A stretch of DNA of 64,000 nucleotides. Source: Paraphysomonas bandaiensis. Lineage: Eukaryota; Protista; Chrysophyceae. Positions 26,456 through 40,550 of the stretch are shown one piece after another. The notes under the pieces were generated by a model, which saw only the letters and a program-made list of their open reading frames with translations, had not been told where the DNA came from and made no database searches. Positions within the stretch are counted from its first letter, which is position 1. Every line of letters begins with the position of its first letter. The translations under genes were made by a program, and so were the position numbers. The stretch is taken from the NCBI GenBank assembly GCA_965644295.1, contig CBFFRP010000362.1, positions 1 to 64,000 on the forward strand, in the 5' to 3' direction.

Positions 26456-27716
26456 TCAACCGGAGTCCCACCGATGTTTTATCGGTTAAAATAGAACAAT
26501 TTGGGTTTGTATGTACACTGCGCACAGTCACTTTATCATTATTAATGTTTATTTTCCAATATAAAATACAGATTTCGAGAAAGCAGCAACATTTGTATGG
26601 AAACTGATCCTCCATGCATAGCACACATACGATAACTGATATACGATATACCTGCTGACGAAAATGAATTCGATGATATACCAGTGGCAGCTTGATGGTA
26701 GGTGATATCATTCACGACAGGTGAGCTCACATATTTTTATTGCCATCATGGTGAGAAAAGTTCAGTGATATACGACTTTGCATACACCGTATCCCTGTCT
26801 TTGTTACGCATTGCTGCTGATACTAATATTTCTTTGTTAAGCCTGTGGTCGAAGATAATATCTAGCTTCTAGGGTTTAGTATCGTACATCGTTGATTTGG
26901 TCATTACACTAGCATATAAGTATGTTTACATACCAATCGTAATCATATATCTTCTTGCCATAGTACTCACAGTACTCATGCAAGAATAGAACTCGATTGT
27001 ACGCCATTGAGAGCTAAAGCCCAATATATGCTATAAATACAATTTAAAACTGTCCTTGTATATAGAGGAGATGTTGGGTTAGTGATGGCTTAGTATGTAA
27101 TGCATATCATCATATGATATTTAAGGGACATCTCGCTGCTGTGTGCTGTGTGTATCTAGAGTGTGATAAGAGTCCATGAGCCATAGAGTTATCGTCAAAT
27201 CATATATCACGAAATGATATTCATTGAATTTCATTGGATAAAAACTACTCTGGAAACCGTTTCGCATGGAATGTATGTATTGTATAGTGTATACAGCAGT
27301 GTGTATGTGTGCATGCGTATATATATGTATGTATAGTGTATATGTATGTATGTATGTATGTATGTATGCGTATATGTACAGCGTGTATATAGAGACGCAG
27401 GCCCATATCATCATGCAGCGTATGGATGATATATGCATACCATGGCCATCTATCACATGAGACCATAAATTCACTGCACTAGACTTCACTGCACTTAGAA
27501 ATCACCACCCTCTACTCCCACTATTGATATTCTAGTTCAGTTCACAGCAGAGAGCGTGACTGAGGTTGCATTTCGTGAATGATACGCTCTGAGCTGTAAA
27601 GACAGCGCGTTATATACACACTCCGAAAGAAGTTACTTGCTTGTGAAGTTAATATAATGCTCAGCATTTGTTCATAGACCCATAGCTCTGTTCCGTTAGT
27701 AGAGTGTATCTGAAGG

Positions 27717-28893
27717 ATGTCTTATAAAGGAGGATTCTTCTCGAAGCCACCACCGCCGATATGTGTAGGGGACCCTTACCAGGATAAACCTCTCCCTTCT
27801 CACGGTAGACTGAAAGGGGCAAAACAGTTTGGTATTGGAAAAGGAATGCCGCAACAGAAGATGAGTAGGCTATTTGAAGGAGAGGCTCATACTTTAACTC
27901 GTGAGATTCTTGCAAATCAACGCAAAGAAGGAAAAAAGAAATTCCTGGAACCTCAGGGATTTCGACCTTCTTCCTCAAAATCAGATGTGAAACCAATACC
28001 GTATATATCTGATGGGCGTGGAAAACCTCGTCGTCGAGAGGCTATTCGAGACATCTCGCCAAAGCAAATATACACTTCACCTATAAAGAAAGCATGTGGC
28101 GGAGGGGCTTATTCACCCACCCCTAAACTGTGTTTTACTGATGTCGAGTATATATCAAGCGAATACGACAATTACAAAATTCAAACTGCGGTGTGTATAT
28201 TTTGCCTGCTTTCATTTGGTGTATCACACTGCATTCAGGAGTTACATAGGAAAGCGAAAGCAAAACAACCTGATCAGGCGTTTTTCATTCCTAAAATCGA
28301 TTTGGTAAGTACAATGTAGTAGTATAAATCATGATTCGTTGTTTATACCTGCGTGAATGCATTTACTTATTCTAATTCTATTTAGAATCCAATTACCAAG
28401 GGTATTACTGCCCCTGACGAATCCAAGATTCGTCCACATACTACAATGTCGGCAACGAAGTATCAGAATGACGTCAAAGCATTCAAGCCTACAACTTCTT
28501 GTCCTCCTCATGATTATCCCAGTCATATTGCCGATCCTTATGATGAGAAGAAAACCAAATGTGCGGTGACGATGACTCGACTAGAGCCAATGACGAAGCA
28601 GCTTCAAAAGTACGTTATACTTCTAATGTAGTGGTTGTATGTATCTTTCGTGTATTACACGTTTCATGCATGTTGTACTACTTGTCTTGCTTTGACGGGT
28701 ATGTTGATAATGTAGTATGGATGAGAAATTAAAAGAGAGGAGGGCTTGGACTCCAAATAATCCAGGAGTATCTACGTTTCAGAAGTCTATCTTATTTAAT
28801 AACGTTAAAGCTAGTAATGGGCGCAAGCGTGATTCGTGGCGTCCACAAGGCATATTTAAAGTTGGCAGCAGAGTAACCAAAGGAAAGAGATGA
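27717..28893 (+). CDS. Cilia/flagella-associated protein 96-like (C4orf47/DUF4586 family), multi-exon
   Basis: GFFS..ICVGDPY, RLFEGEA, KQIYTSPIKK, FKPT, YPSHIADPYDE match recalled family motifs. The last exon is open to TGA at 28893. Confidence 0.75.
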
Positions 28894-30142
28894 TATCTAT
28901 TTTGTGGTGTTTGTTTGTTCTAGTTTTTTGTTGCATTAGCCTTCTTTGTGAAGATCTTGCTATGATGATGCTTTTGTTCTATGAATTGGATAGCTTGCAG
29001 TGCGGAGTTATATTTTATGCAATCGTGCCTTCAAGACACATGTGTTTATATGATTTACTGCGAGGATGTGCATTAGAGCACCGTTTTTGAATTTGTACTG
29101 TGATAATGGACAGATAATGGATATTAAGTATACGTTATGGATAATAGATATCTTCTGACATTACTTAGATAATGCTTAGACATTTATATATGACTGATAT
29201 GCGTGAATCATTGAGTCACATATCGCGCAATATGTAATTGGATCTTACTGGTAAGAATAAGGAACTAAATAGTGGAGTACAGAAAATTGGATAGCCGGCA
29301 TGTGGGCTATATAGATCTACTAACAATGCAACACATTATATTGTTCCCTAACCCTGATATAGTGTAGATATATCTTTTAAATTGGAGCTGTCAGTCTACT
29401 GAATTCTTATGCATGTGAGTGATTTATAAGTAGGTAGTAGAAAGTAATTATTTCATAGAGCGCGAGTAATAATTATCTTGCTGGCATTATATCTTGATCT
29501 ATTTACATACTTTTTTATTCATTTAATATTCTGATAAGTTATATTTGCCGTGCTGCCGTAAATGCCTGGCATGATTCTCGCTAGGTGTAGACATCATGCA
29601 GTACACTGTTTACGATTCAACCTACACCAGTGTAGATTCTTTTAATTCAGTTGAAACCAGCATCACTTTCCGGACGACATGTTGTCCATGTGAAATCAGA
29701 CTAAATAAAGAATCGCTCAGCAAGTCTTTAACAGGCGTGGAGTAATCTACATCCTGCATAACGTGATGCTAATTCCGATCTCTATCGATATGTTGCAGCA
29801 GGACAGCAACTGTCCACACACATACGGCACAGTACGTACAGCAGATCCCGTATGTCCGAATTGTAAACCATAGAATACAGTGTATAAATGTATGTAGTCC
29901 CCTGAAGCGTTACAGTACTGCAACATACGTATCAATACAACTATACGTATGTAGACATATGAAGACACACACACAGGCTTCCATAGTATACATACATACA
30001 TATACATACATACATGACACCTCTGCACATCTCTCTCTATACATACACTATATACACATGCTCCATGCTAGGCAACACATAGCCTAACCACCCCTCCCCC
30101 CCTTCCATCAACCCTTCTAATGCCTTCCCTCTCCATCTAATC

Positions 30143-32033
30143 ATGAAGAAGATTCCCCCTATAGTTGAACTCCCTCTCCAGAAGGTCCCTCATGCGATAG
30201 ATTTCATAGGCACAGGGACCTTTCAAGTCTCTCAATTAGATGTATTACAAAGACGTAGTGTTGAACTTAATCGTACAAAAGAATCTGCATTATCAGCACG
30301 TGGATTACATCATCGTTCTAAAGATTTTTTTGCACGTGATGTGAGAGCTTCCAGTGCAGTCATCCAACAGGCGCTTCTACAGGGCGTTAGAGACCCTAAA
30401 AACAGCAATAAATCAAGTTTTTATTTGAAAAGTCAATATTTTCAACGTGCATTGGGATATGAAAGACTTGGACAAGTTGATAGAGCGATTGAAGATTATA
30501 CTCGATGTATTGCAATTGATAATGAGTGTGCTGCTGCATACTTCAATCGGGGTGGATTGTTATATGCTCAAGGCAAGTTAGAGTCTGCCATAGCAGATTT
30601 AGACAAAGCTATTGAGATAGAACCGTCGAAGCAGATCTATCACACTAATAGGGCCTATATGCACCGGCGACGAGGAAATTTCGGTGAAGCTACTTCAGAC
30701 ACTCTAATTAGCAAGAATATCATGAAAAGTCGAATACGAAATCAAAGTATAAAAGAAAACCTCCACAAGCAAATTAGTATTGTTATGCCCGATGAAGATC
30801 CTATGATTGTGTATCTTAGAAAGAGTTACTCCGACCGAGAAGAGTGCTCTGGTGATTTGCGCTATGTCATCGAGTTCATAAAAAGCGTAAAATTTTTCAG
30901 CGGCATTGCCTCTGACCCTATTGTAATGAGAGACTGCGCCAAGCGCATTAAGTTAATTACATTCGAGAAAGATGATTATGTATTTTATGAAGGAGATATT
31001 GGAAAAAGCTTTTATATCCTTGCTGATGGTGAAGTGTCTATTGTGAAACAGGCACGCTCATTGGATGGTGAGAAGTCTAAATTAGAGGTGCTAACGAAAT
31101 TATTTCGTGGACAAACTTTTGGAGAGACAGCTTTGGATAATGAGGACGGGAAGCGATCGGCAGGGGCGATCGCCAGTCAGCGGACGAATTTGTTGTGCAT
31201 GGATGTCGCGGACTACAAAAGAATATTCGCCAATTATAGATTGGCTTTGAGGAATGACATCAGGTGTGTACCTGGTCAACTTCTACAGAAAGTGTGACTG
31301 AACATATATTAATATTATGTGTTCTCCGGAATATTCTTTGTTGTTTTCTTTCATTCTGATATGTATATATAGGGAAATATTAGCTTCTTGTGCGATATTT
31401 TCGACGTGGTCCTCAGAGGATCTGGACAAGCTCGCAGACCACGCTGTGGTGAAGACTTACAGTGCAAATAGTGTTTTGCTTCAGAAAGGAATGCCAGTCA
31501 CCGATTTGTATATTGTACGCCGTGGGGTGGTAAAGCTTATGAAAGAAATCCCCACTCCAGGGACAAGCAACATCAAGATTTCTGAATTTTCAACCCCGGA
31601 ATCTATCAGTGGGATGGAGGCCCCAGGTTTGTGGGTATTGACAAAAACTTGGAAAGACCGCATCCATGCTCCAGCAGAGAAGTCAAACGAAGATATGATG
31701 ACATTTACAGTTGGTGTACTGGGATCAGGGCAAGTGTTCGGAGAATTAGCTATTCTTGCTCCTGAAATGCCGTCTCCTACATCAGCTGTGTCATTCACTA
31801 ACCTTGAAGTGTACTGCTTCTCCTCCGAATTTCTGCTTTCTGTTGGCGCAAGATTCAATACACACACAATGAACACATTAAATGAATCTATTAATTTATA
31901 TAATCCTCCGGTGGACAAGATATCGCACTATTATCGGTCTAAGTACACGTGGGAGAACAGAAAAAAGAAAATACTCAAGTCAATTGTGAGAGAGAGACCT
32001 AAAATTGCAGGGAAGCTCGATATTTCCGGGTAA
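30143..32033 (+). CDS. TPR-repeat protein with two cyclic-nucleotide-binding domains, 1 intron
   Basis: TPRs (AIEDYTRCIAID, AYFNRG, AIADLDKAIEIEP). cNMP-A: EGDIGKSFYILADGEV..FGETAL..KRSA. cNMP-B: LYIVRRGVV..GQVFGELAIL. Intron ~31264-31372. Confidence 0.88.
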
Positions 32034-32811
32034 ATATACCCGAATTATGGGATATGTGCACAACTTCTGTGTAATATATGTGCGTGAACTCTTGAGGATC
32101 ATTGCTGATCATATAAGAGATACATGTTGTGATTGGCGAAGCGTCATGCGCATCGATTGTGTTTGTTTGAAATCATTTGAATATACTGTAATGATATATA
32201 CAATTTCGATGTAGAACGAATTCTCGTGTCGAGAGGATTTATTCTTGCTTCTACTGACCAAATAGGAATAAGTGTAATAATCAGATACAAAACGACATCT
32301 CATATTATCCACATGAGCTGGTAGTGCAAAATATTCTTGTCTTCCTTTTTTATCGCATTGGAAGTATTGAGTGCATAATATATATCATACATAGTGAATT
32401 ACACTTATTCATTGCTTTATTGCGTGGAAATATAATATTGCCTTTGTTAGTTATTAGGATAACGACGACTGCTGGGTACGTCGGTGTGACAACTGTATGT
32501 CTGTTAAGTTCATTACGTAAGGTTCTGGGATCACATTATCAAAGTAAAGTTTTACAAAAACCCATTGAATTCGTCAATAAAAGCAATACAAAATTTGATT
32601 ATGTAGAGAGAAAAATTTACAGATCTCCACTAACTCTCTATACATTATGCCTCATATAACAGAGGATCTACTACTTTTCAAAATTGAAATTGAATCATTT
32701 TCACATATCCTTGCAAAAAGACGATATGCGAGATCTATACAACCCTCCCTGTATCCCTATCCGCTGTACACAAATGACTAGGAAAGGTGTGCTAATTCTT
32801 CATTTTCTTTA

Positions 32812-35476
32812 CTAAACCTCTAATTCTGTCGGCCGATTCGATCTAAGTATATCACGCAGCCTATACGCGAGGGTGCTGTACAAACCGTGTGCATATTCTG
32901 CTTTTGAACGGATGCCTTTGTGCAGACTTGTATACAGTTTTTTCGCGGAAGATTTGATAGATGTACTAATCTCCAGCATGACTTCAACTGCGGTAGGTGG
33001 ACGAGGACCCAGGCATTCCGGGCAGAAATAAGCATAGAGATCGATCACATGGTAGTTGGGATAGGTGTACTGTGACGAGTGTTAATACATATTTAAAAGA
33101 TATACATCATCTTTAAAAGCATAACAAGTCAGTTAGTTCCATTTTCAAGAAACACGAGTACTCAATGGGCATGCTAAAGGCCCACACACATATTGCCCAT
33201 GTCCAGAGAAGTACCTGTTGCATATACCACTCCATCGATGCGCTTATCATCCGTTGAACTCCCGGCATAGAGGAGACATCTACTCCTCCCAATGCATTCA
33301 CTTGCAGATCAAAAGCAGGAGGCCTCAAGAATGAAACCTACACAAATGATTGTCACATTACCTTACTAACAACAAAAATACTCAAAGTAGTCCTCACCGA
33401 AGCATTACCAAGGAAAGGATACGTATCTACAATTTCAGAGTCTATTCTCACAATTCCTGATATCATAACATCGGAAACAGTTGCTGTTGTGGCATCTGTT
33501 GTTTCCCTTTTTCCTGCAGCGGCTTGCATATCGCCCACCATACGGGAAAAACTAAACCCCTCACCATAATAAGATTTCTCGTCCCAGGTTTCCCGACGGA
33601 GAGAAAATATGAGGTCCATGTCCTGAGATATGAACGACGTGTCGACATCAATTACTATACGCTCACATGGTACCAAAGTTTGTGTTTTATTCGTCATTGT
33701 ACTGTTCTTATGCAACATACCTAATGCTGCTACCACAAGAGCGTCCCACATGTGATGGACAGAATTACTTTCGTTCATTTCTTTCTGCACAGGAGTAACA
33801 GCAGCCATGCAATGACCGGGGTGCTTAGAAAAGACGCGTACACCACGTACTTTTGGCGGCACTGAGCCTAGACTGAAGCGCTTTAAGTACAAATGTCCCA
33901 TACCTCTCGGAAGGCCTTTGAGCTCTTCATTGATTGCATCTTTGACGCTCCAGCTTATGTGAGCTCCGAGTCCGCCATTTCCATTGGCACCAATACTCCA
34001 TAAGGATTCAATGAATGCATTCATCCACAGTGAAGTTTCAAGCATAGGGCCTAGTGTTTGATGGATACTCGGAAGCTCACGGCTGGAGTTCTGAAGTTCA
34101 GTCAAGTATCTATCCACCGCTTTTACTTCCGAAAGAGCGACAGCCCTGTCGGTGTGCACTCTATGAGAGAAATCGACACACAACACGGACAACACTATCA
34201 AACAAACAACGTAAATAAATTGAACACGCTTATTCCAATTTCGAGCCCAGAGAGTACCAGCGACGAGGACGAGTGTGCTTACAAATACAACCCCAGTGTG
34301 AGTCGATGGGTGTGCGAAAACTGCCTGAATGCTGTTTGCACCAAAGAGCTTGTCATATGCACTGGCTAATTTACTAGTGTAATCTCGCAACAAATGCACC
34401 ATAAATGACAGATTTTTGTTCATACTACATACCAAGTATTGATAAAAAGAGTTTACACTTGAGGAGTTGTAGTCATGCTTCATGAATGGTATTGCCGAAA
34501 AGTGAAGGTGGTCGTCTTGCTCGATTCGCATTGAAGTTCCATGAACATAAAGTGGGACAGATGAACTGCGACGATCGCTCTGACGGACAGATAAGTGATA
34601 TTGACTATCATTGAGAGGCTTGGGGAAAAACATGCGGCTACATCTAATATGAGCGGGCGATTTCTTCTGCTGTGAGAACAATGAGGTTGGAAGAGCAGAG
34701 GAATTGTAACTCATTTCTTGCTTCAAATCATTTCGATCATAAGAAACATTATTCATTAAACCAACACGATTTTCAATATCTCCAAACGAAGAGCTGGAAA
34801 TATGTAACGGTGATAGCCATGGTCGCCGACGCCGCAAAAGAAACCCTGCCCCAGCCTGGATAGACTTAGGGATTGTTTCAAGTGAAAAGAACGAATCAGA
34901 CACTGTCCGGGCAATATTACTAGTCGCAGATTGAACAACCTCTCCAGTTACTATACACGCTTTACTTAATGCACTAAATACGTGTCCAAACGCGACCATA
35001 TAAAGTCCAACCCGCGACCTCAGTTTATTAAGCATAATGTGCAATCTGGGAGAATAAAACTCTGTGACATACGGCGCAGATGTTATTCGCGTAGACTCAC
35101 GAATAAATACTCTCGATATCAATTCGAACATCTTGCCAAGCTGTCGCATGGGATAGCTATTAACAAACGCCACAGTGTCGCCAATTAAGGGAGAAGCGTA
35201 CCCACAGAAACGAATACATTTTCTGAATAATTGAACTCCACCAGACACTAGTTTTTCTACTACAACTGCTTCCTCTTCCTCTATTTCCATAGCCGATTTA
35301 GTGTGCTCTGAGGTCATTAGGTTTGGCTGCATCCATACATCCCCCCTGTGTCTAGAGTACGACTGTATTCTCAGCTTCATACTTCGATCTAAGTCATCTG
35401 CATGTGCTGTATCGACAAACGGATGTCTGAGGAAAGCCATCAGCATCAGTAGTTGAATCCATCGCATGGAATACAT
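32812..35476 (-). CDS. Membrane protein with an SMP (synaptotagmin-like lipid-transfer) domain, 3 exons
   Basis: Signal-like N-terminus, two TM helices, then ETSLWMNAFIESLW, LKRFSLGSVPP, YPFLGNASVSFLRPP, GVDVSSMPGV and YTYPN. Confidence 0.78.
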
Positions 35477-36104
35477 GAATATTACGATACTTTAATATTA
35501 ACTAATAAAAATCAATAATAACACAATACAAAATAAATCGAAAGATATCGATACACCCTAAATAGTCACCCGCACATGCTGTGCACTTCACAAGGGTGAA
35601 CAGTGCTGCAAAGCGTGTTAATAATGAGATATGAGTTATAATGTATGGTTAACAAGGTATGAACCAGTGCAGCATATATATACACAGATGACTGGATCAA
35701 GATGCAGTAGTGTGTTACTATAAAATTCACTTACTTTGAAGTGAAGGAGAAGTCAGCAGACGATGAAAGAATTAATTAAAGGCAGTGTGTAGTACTGGAA
35801 TACAGTGAATACGGATCCCGAATACAGTAGAGGAAAGACTTTCAGTCATTAATTTTACCAATCATATGGATGAATTTATATTTAGAAGTATATTATTGGA
35901 TATTATTTCCATCCAGTGCTGGTAGTGCTCTGCATATAGTTATATAGAGCACTGCAGTGGTATGCTTAGAGCAGAGGTGTCTGGTAGCCAGAGCATATAT
36001 AGCAGGCCAGTACGAAGTATTTGGTGAATAAGTCTGATAATTCACTCAAGTAGTATACACGACCCATTGAATGCTATTTGACACACATAACTGATCACTA
36101 GAGG

Positions 36105-37313
36105 ATGTTTGTGCTGTCTGTTATAGAGGATAAAATAAAAGTCGATCCCGATAAATTCGATAGAAATATAACTGAGGTTAGTATAGCATTACACACATGG
36201 GCTGTGTTTGAATGGATACTCTGATTGTGATATTTAAATACTAATAATGATGTAGGTTCTAATCGAGCAAATTGAAATTAAGTTTGTCAACAAGGTGTGC
36301 GAATCGTTTGCTAGTTTATAACGGTAACGTTGTATATGTTGATACTTATGTAGGTGTTAGTGGATGTTGGACTTTGTGTCTGTTTCTATGACTTCATTGA
36401 TGTTGGGGACCCATATGTCTACCCTGCTGAAGGCTCTGCTCACCAACGAGTTAAATTTCGTATGGGTAAGATTTAAAGATGATGGTACCCATTATATATT
36501 TGTTTCTTTTTTCTCTTAATGCGTCACATATATTGTTGTATGAATAAAACTGACGTACTTTTGTTTCTTGTTCGCAGTCGTGTTTCGACCTTTTATTGGT
36601 GAAATAATTGTGGGGAAAATAGCTGCTTGTAGGGAAGATGGAATTAGAGGTATATTTATACTTCTTTCTTGTGGTAACTATCTTACGTGTGATTTTCAAG
36701 TGTCGTTGGATTTCTTTGACGATATTGTGATACCGACTATGCATCTGCAGGTAATGACCAACGATTTACCAGTGTGCCACCACAACTTGCCGTGAATGCT
36801 GTATGTACATTCTATACTAGCAGCCGTGCATTCATGATCTCACAACCGTGCTGTGGATAGGCTCCTTCTGAGTACGTTCCACGTAGAAAATGTTGGATAT
36901 GGAGGTTTGATGAAGATGATGAAAGTGGTGGAATTGAGTTTCCTATGCAAGCAGGCGATAAGGTATGCACCATAAATGTTGTGTATTTTCTATATTGAAA
37001 TAAATGTGATTCAGAGTATTAATTTTCATTAGCACCTTTTTCTCATTAACCACTGCTTGTATTCTAGATTAGGTTTCGTGTCAGAACAATTGATTTCACA
37101 TCTCTGACCACAACCGCCAAAGGCATCACTGCGACGACAACATCCGAGATGAAGTCGAACACGAATGACGATATTGACGACACGCCACTTCCAGGAGTGC
37201 GTCGGAGATCGACTTCAATAGATTTGGGAAAAGATGCAGAAGTCCCATCTGCGATGAGAATTATGGGATGCGTAAACGAGGATGGATTGGGTGTTACATC
37301 TTGGTGGGAGTAA
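36105..37313 (+). CDS. POLR3H: RNA polymerase III subunit RPC8 (RPC25), 7 exons
   Basis: MFVLSVIEDKIKVDP, KFVNKVLVDVGLCVCFYD, VKFRMVVFRPFIGE, VSLDFFDDIVIP, C-terminal EDGLGVTSWWE*. Confidence 0.95.
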
Positions 37314-37709
37314 TAGTGATGTACTCATAGGTTGCTTAGTGTAGTGGCAGTGGAAGTAGTGTGTTACGTTTTGGTCTTGATAGTAATAAATATTGTGACA
37401 TATCAACGTATTCGAAGAGTTATACAAACACTACAATGACCTAACTTCTTACTAAAAACTCAACAATAAACAGCTGAGGTCAGCATGTAGGTGCATTAGC
37501 CCAAAATATTAATGTACTGTTTGCCAATATTAAACAACCAGTTTTGAACTGGTTGGTGAGTTGATTGTACAATTCGCATGACCTAAAGAAAACAATCAAA
37601 TTCATGATTTCATTCGCTGTATGTACCGTTATCTCTCTATTAAATTACTACCGTAAACCCTCTATGACGTCCACTTCGGTGTATAACTCAGTTGTATATA
37701 TAAGGAAAA

Positions 37710-38529
37710 CTATACTTTTTCACTGCTTTTGCATTCGTTTTCATCACTAGTTTCTTCCGCTGCATTAGTCTTGCGTGCAATAATGGCTAAGGTCCCCTCT
37801 TGACTACTTTCACTCTTTGCAGCTCTCCACATATGTAATACAGTAAACCCCGCATTCCTAACTACTTCATTCCACTTATGCTCACTCCACAGAAGCATAG
37901 GGGTATTAATCATTGTGGACCAGTTGTGACAGTCCTCATTTTCGAGGTAATGGTCTACACCAAAAGCTAGCAACCCGTTGTCAGTCAGCCAATCAGAATG
38001 AAGTAACGAAAAGAATGTGGTGAGCTCAGAGTCAGATAAATAATACAAGAACTCCATACTGAATGCGACATTGTACTTTACCGTCGGGACATATGATGGT
38101 AATCGAGTGTGCACAAACTGAACTTTGTCTCGAAATTCAAAATCTTGAGTCAACTGATTTGCTTTGGATATCATATCAATAGCACCATCAACACCATCAG
38201 CACGACTGCAAGTCGATTTCGAAGCTTGATTGCGGACAACCCATCCGTTCCCGCACCCAATATCAACAATAGAATAATTATCAGGGATATAAGGGGCAGC
38301 CTTGGACAATATCTCAGTTACAGCAGGAGCATGATTACTCTCCATGCGGTGGTCTTTACCTTCCTTGGCCCACTGTGCATATAGTAAGAGGGTGTGGTAG
38401 AATAATAATGATTCTTACATTAGAGAACACATCTGTTGCAACATTCGGAAGATTGGAGCTCATTGCACGAGTGGCAACAGCAACGGAAGCACGCGAAATA
38501 GAAAACACAAAGGAATACGCAACCAACAT
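37710..38529 (-). CDS. Class I SAM-dependent methyltransferase with an N-terminal targeting-like extension, 1 intron
   Basis: VDIGCGNGW motif I, GVDGAIDMI, FSMEFLYYL. Upstream exon MLVAYSFVFSISR..DVFSN splices to WAKEGKDHRMESNH. Confidence 0.88.
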
Positions 38530-38593
38530 TGTTAGCCGGGTGTGTGTCAAATGTGCAAGAATTAATCCAGCATTACCATTCTTATGATGTACG

Positions 38594-38951
38594 TATGTAT
38601 GTATGTATGTATGTATGTATGTATGTATGTATGTATGTATGTATGTATGTATGTATGTATGTATGTATGTATGTATGTATGTATGTATGTATGTATGTAT
38701 GTATGTATGTATGTATGTATGTATGTATGTATGTATGTATGTATGTATGTATGTATGTAGGTAGGTAGGTAGGTATGTATGTATGTAGGTAGGTATGTAT
38801 GTATGTATGTATGTAGGTATGTATGTATGTATGTATGTATGTATGTATGTATGTATGTATGTATGTATGTATGTATGTATGTATGTATGTATGTATGTAT
38901 GTATGTATGTATGTATGTATGTATGTATGTATGTATGTATGTATGTATGTA
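38594..38951. repeat. (TATG)n microsatellite with a few TAGG units
   Basis: Directly visible. Confidence 0.99.
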
Positions 38952-39129
38952 CTTGTATAAAAATGCGTACTTTAGTGTAGTTCAAATGCAACGGCTGCTT
39001 TTCAGGACGCTATCGCTCAGTTCATCATGCATATCAATTAGTAGATTGGACGTAAGCTGATTGAGGTTTACATTATTGTGCCACGATTAGTAGTGACATT
39101 GTATTATATAGACATCGTCATTTGTTGTT

Positions 39130-39552
39130 ATGGTTTTGTCGTTACCTCATTTAAACCGTAGTCAAAAGGCACAAGTTGGTCCTCCAGTGAAATATAGACT
39201 ACAGACCTCTGAAATAAAAGTTGAGAGTCGAAAATCTAACGAATACACTGCACGATGTGAAGATGAGTTGAGCCCAACTGGTGTAGCTGGTACAGTCAGG
39301 CAAAGGATTACGTTTGCAAAGGGCGATCCTTCCATTGTCTCGGAGCCAGTATTGAAGCCATCAAGTTCTCGTGACCGAGTGTTCAAACGAATGATATCTC
39401 GCGCAGCGAGTTCAACTTGCGAGCTATTTGTGACAAGTAAAAAGGCAGAACCTGTGTCGACTGATTGCACTACCGAGCCATTGCGGATTCGCTCCCGGCG
39501 CCCTCGTGATCGTGTGCTATTACGGATGTTGTATCGCAGTCAGATATCGTAG
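39130..39552 (+). CDS. Hypothetical basic, probably disordered protein (140 aa)
   Basis: ATG-initiated ORF, more GC-rich than its AT-rich 3' flank. No recognisable motif. Confidence 0.4.
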   Translation: MVLSLPHLNRSQKAQVGPPVKYRLQTSEIKVESRKSNEYTARCEDELSPTGVAGTVRQRITFAKGDPSIVSEPVLKPSSSRDRVFKRMISRAASSTCELFVTSKKAEPVSTDCTTEPLRIRSRRPRDRVLLRMLYRSQIS

Positions 39553-40550
39553 GTGGCTTATTATATTTTTATTACTAGTATTATTACATAAAGATAAACC
39601 GTTATTGAATACTATGGTGATTTGTGGCCATACATCGACAGTTCTCGATTAATGGTACAGATAACTATAGTTTCGTTAGAGCAATTGAATGTGATGTTAC
39701 TACTATATACCGTACAGGTATCCTGTATAAATAAGACATATTATATATATAGTACCAATTCTATACCGTTTTGTTCATTACTTCTATTATTTCTGTCTAC
39801 GTTCGATATCCCTTTTCGATTATAAGTATATTGTGCATCATATGACTATGACGCTACAGTACAGGAAAGTACAGCAAATATGGCTAGAGAGTAGAGAGAT
39901 ATTTTTCGTACTGTGATAATATAGATAATACATATAATGCTATGAGTTTAGACTATAAAATGTAGTCAAGACTAATAAGTAGAGTACTGAACCGTTCGAA
40001 TCATAATCTAAATTCTACATAAATTTGTTGAGTTTCAATGTTCGTAAGTAGTTCATAGCTATACTTCTAGTGTATTAAATTTTGAGTTATGGGCATTAGT
40101 ACATAATCAATGATATGATCTGAATGATGTAAGGAAACTGTCATCTTTTGACTATATATGATCATGTCTGACTAAGATTGGTAGAGTAGAAAATATAATT
40201 TTAGGTAATATCTCTGAATAGTGTCGCTGAGATTATGATTATAATTGCTTGCTGTATGAGTTCAAGTTATGTTACTTAAATAATTGAACCATTTAAATAT
40301 GTCTAATGATGATAGAATGAGCAGTGAGTTGATTGTATATTTACAGCCCTACCCCAAGGGACACCCCTCTGACGAACTCCATCTGCACTTCCACGACTCA
40401 AGCGCATAGATTTCTTCTCCCACTTTGCTGCTTGCAGCGACGCACAAGTAGCGTTATATAGTAGGATATATAAATTAGTACTACTTTGTCCAGATTATCA
40501 CAGGGTATTAGGTATTAGATTATCAACCAAAGAGTGATAGGTAAGCTAAT

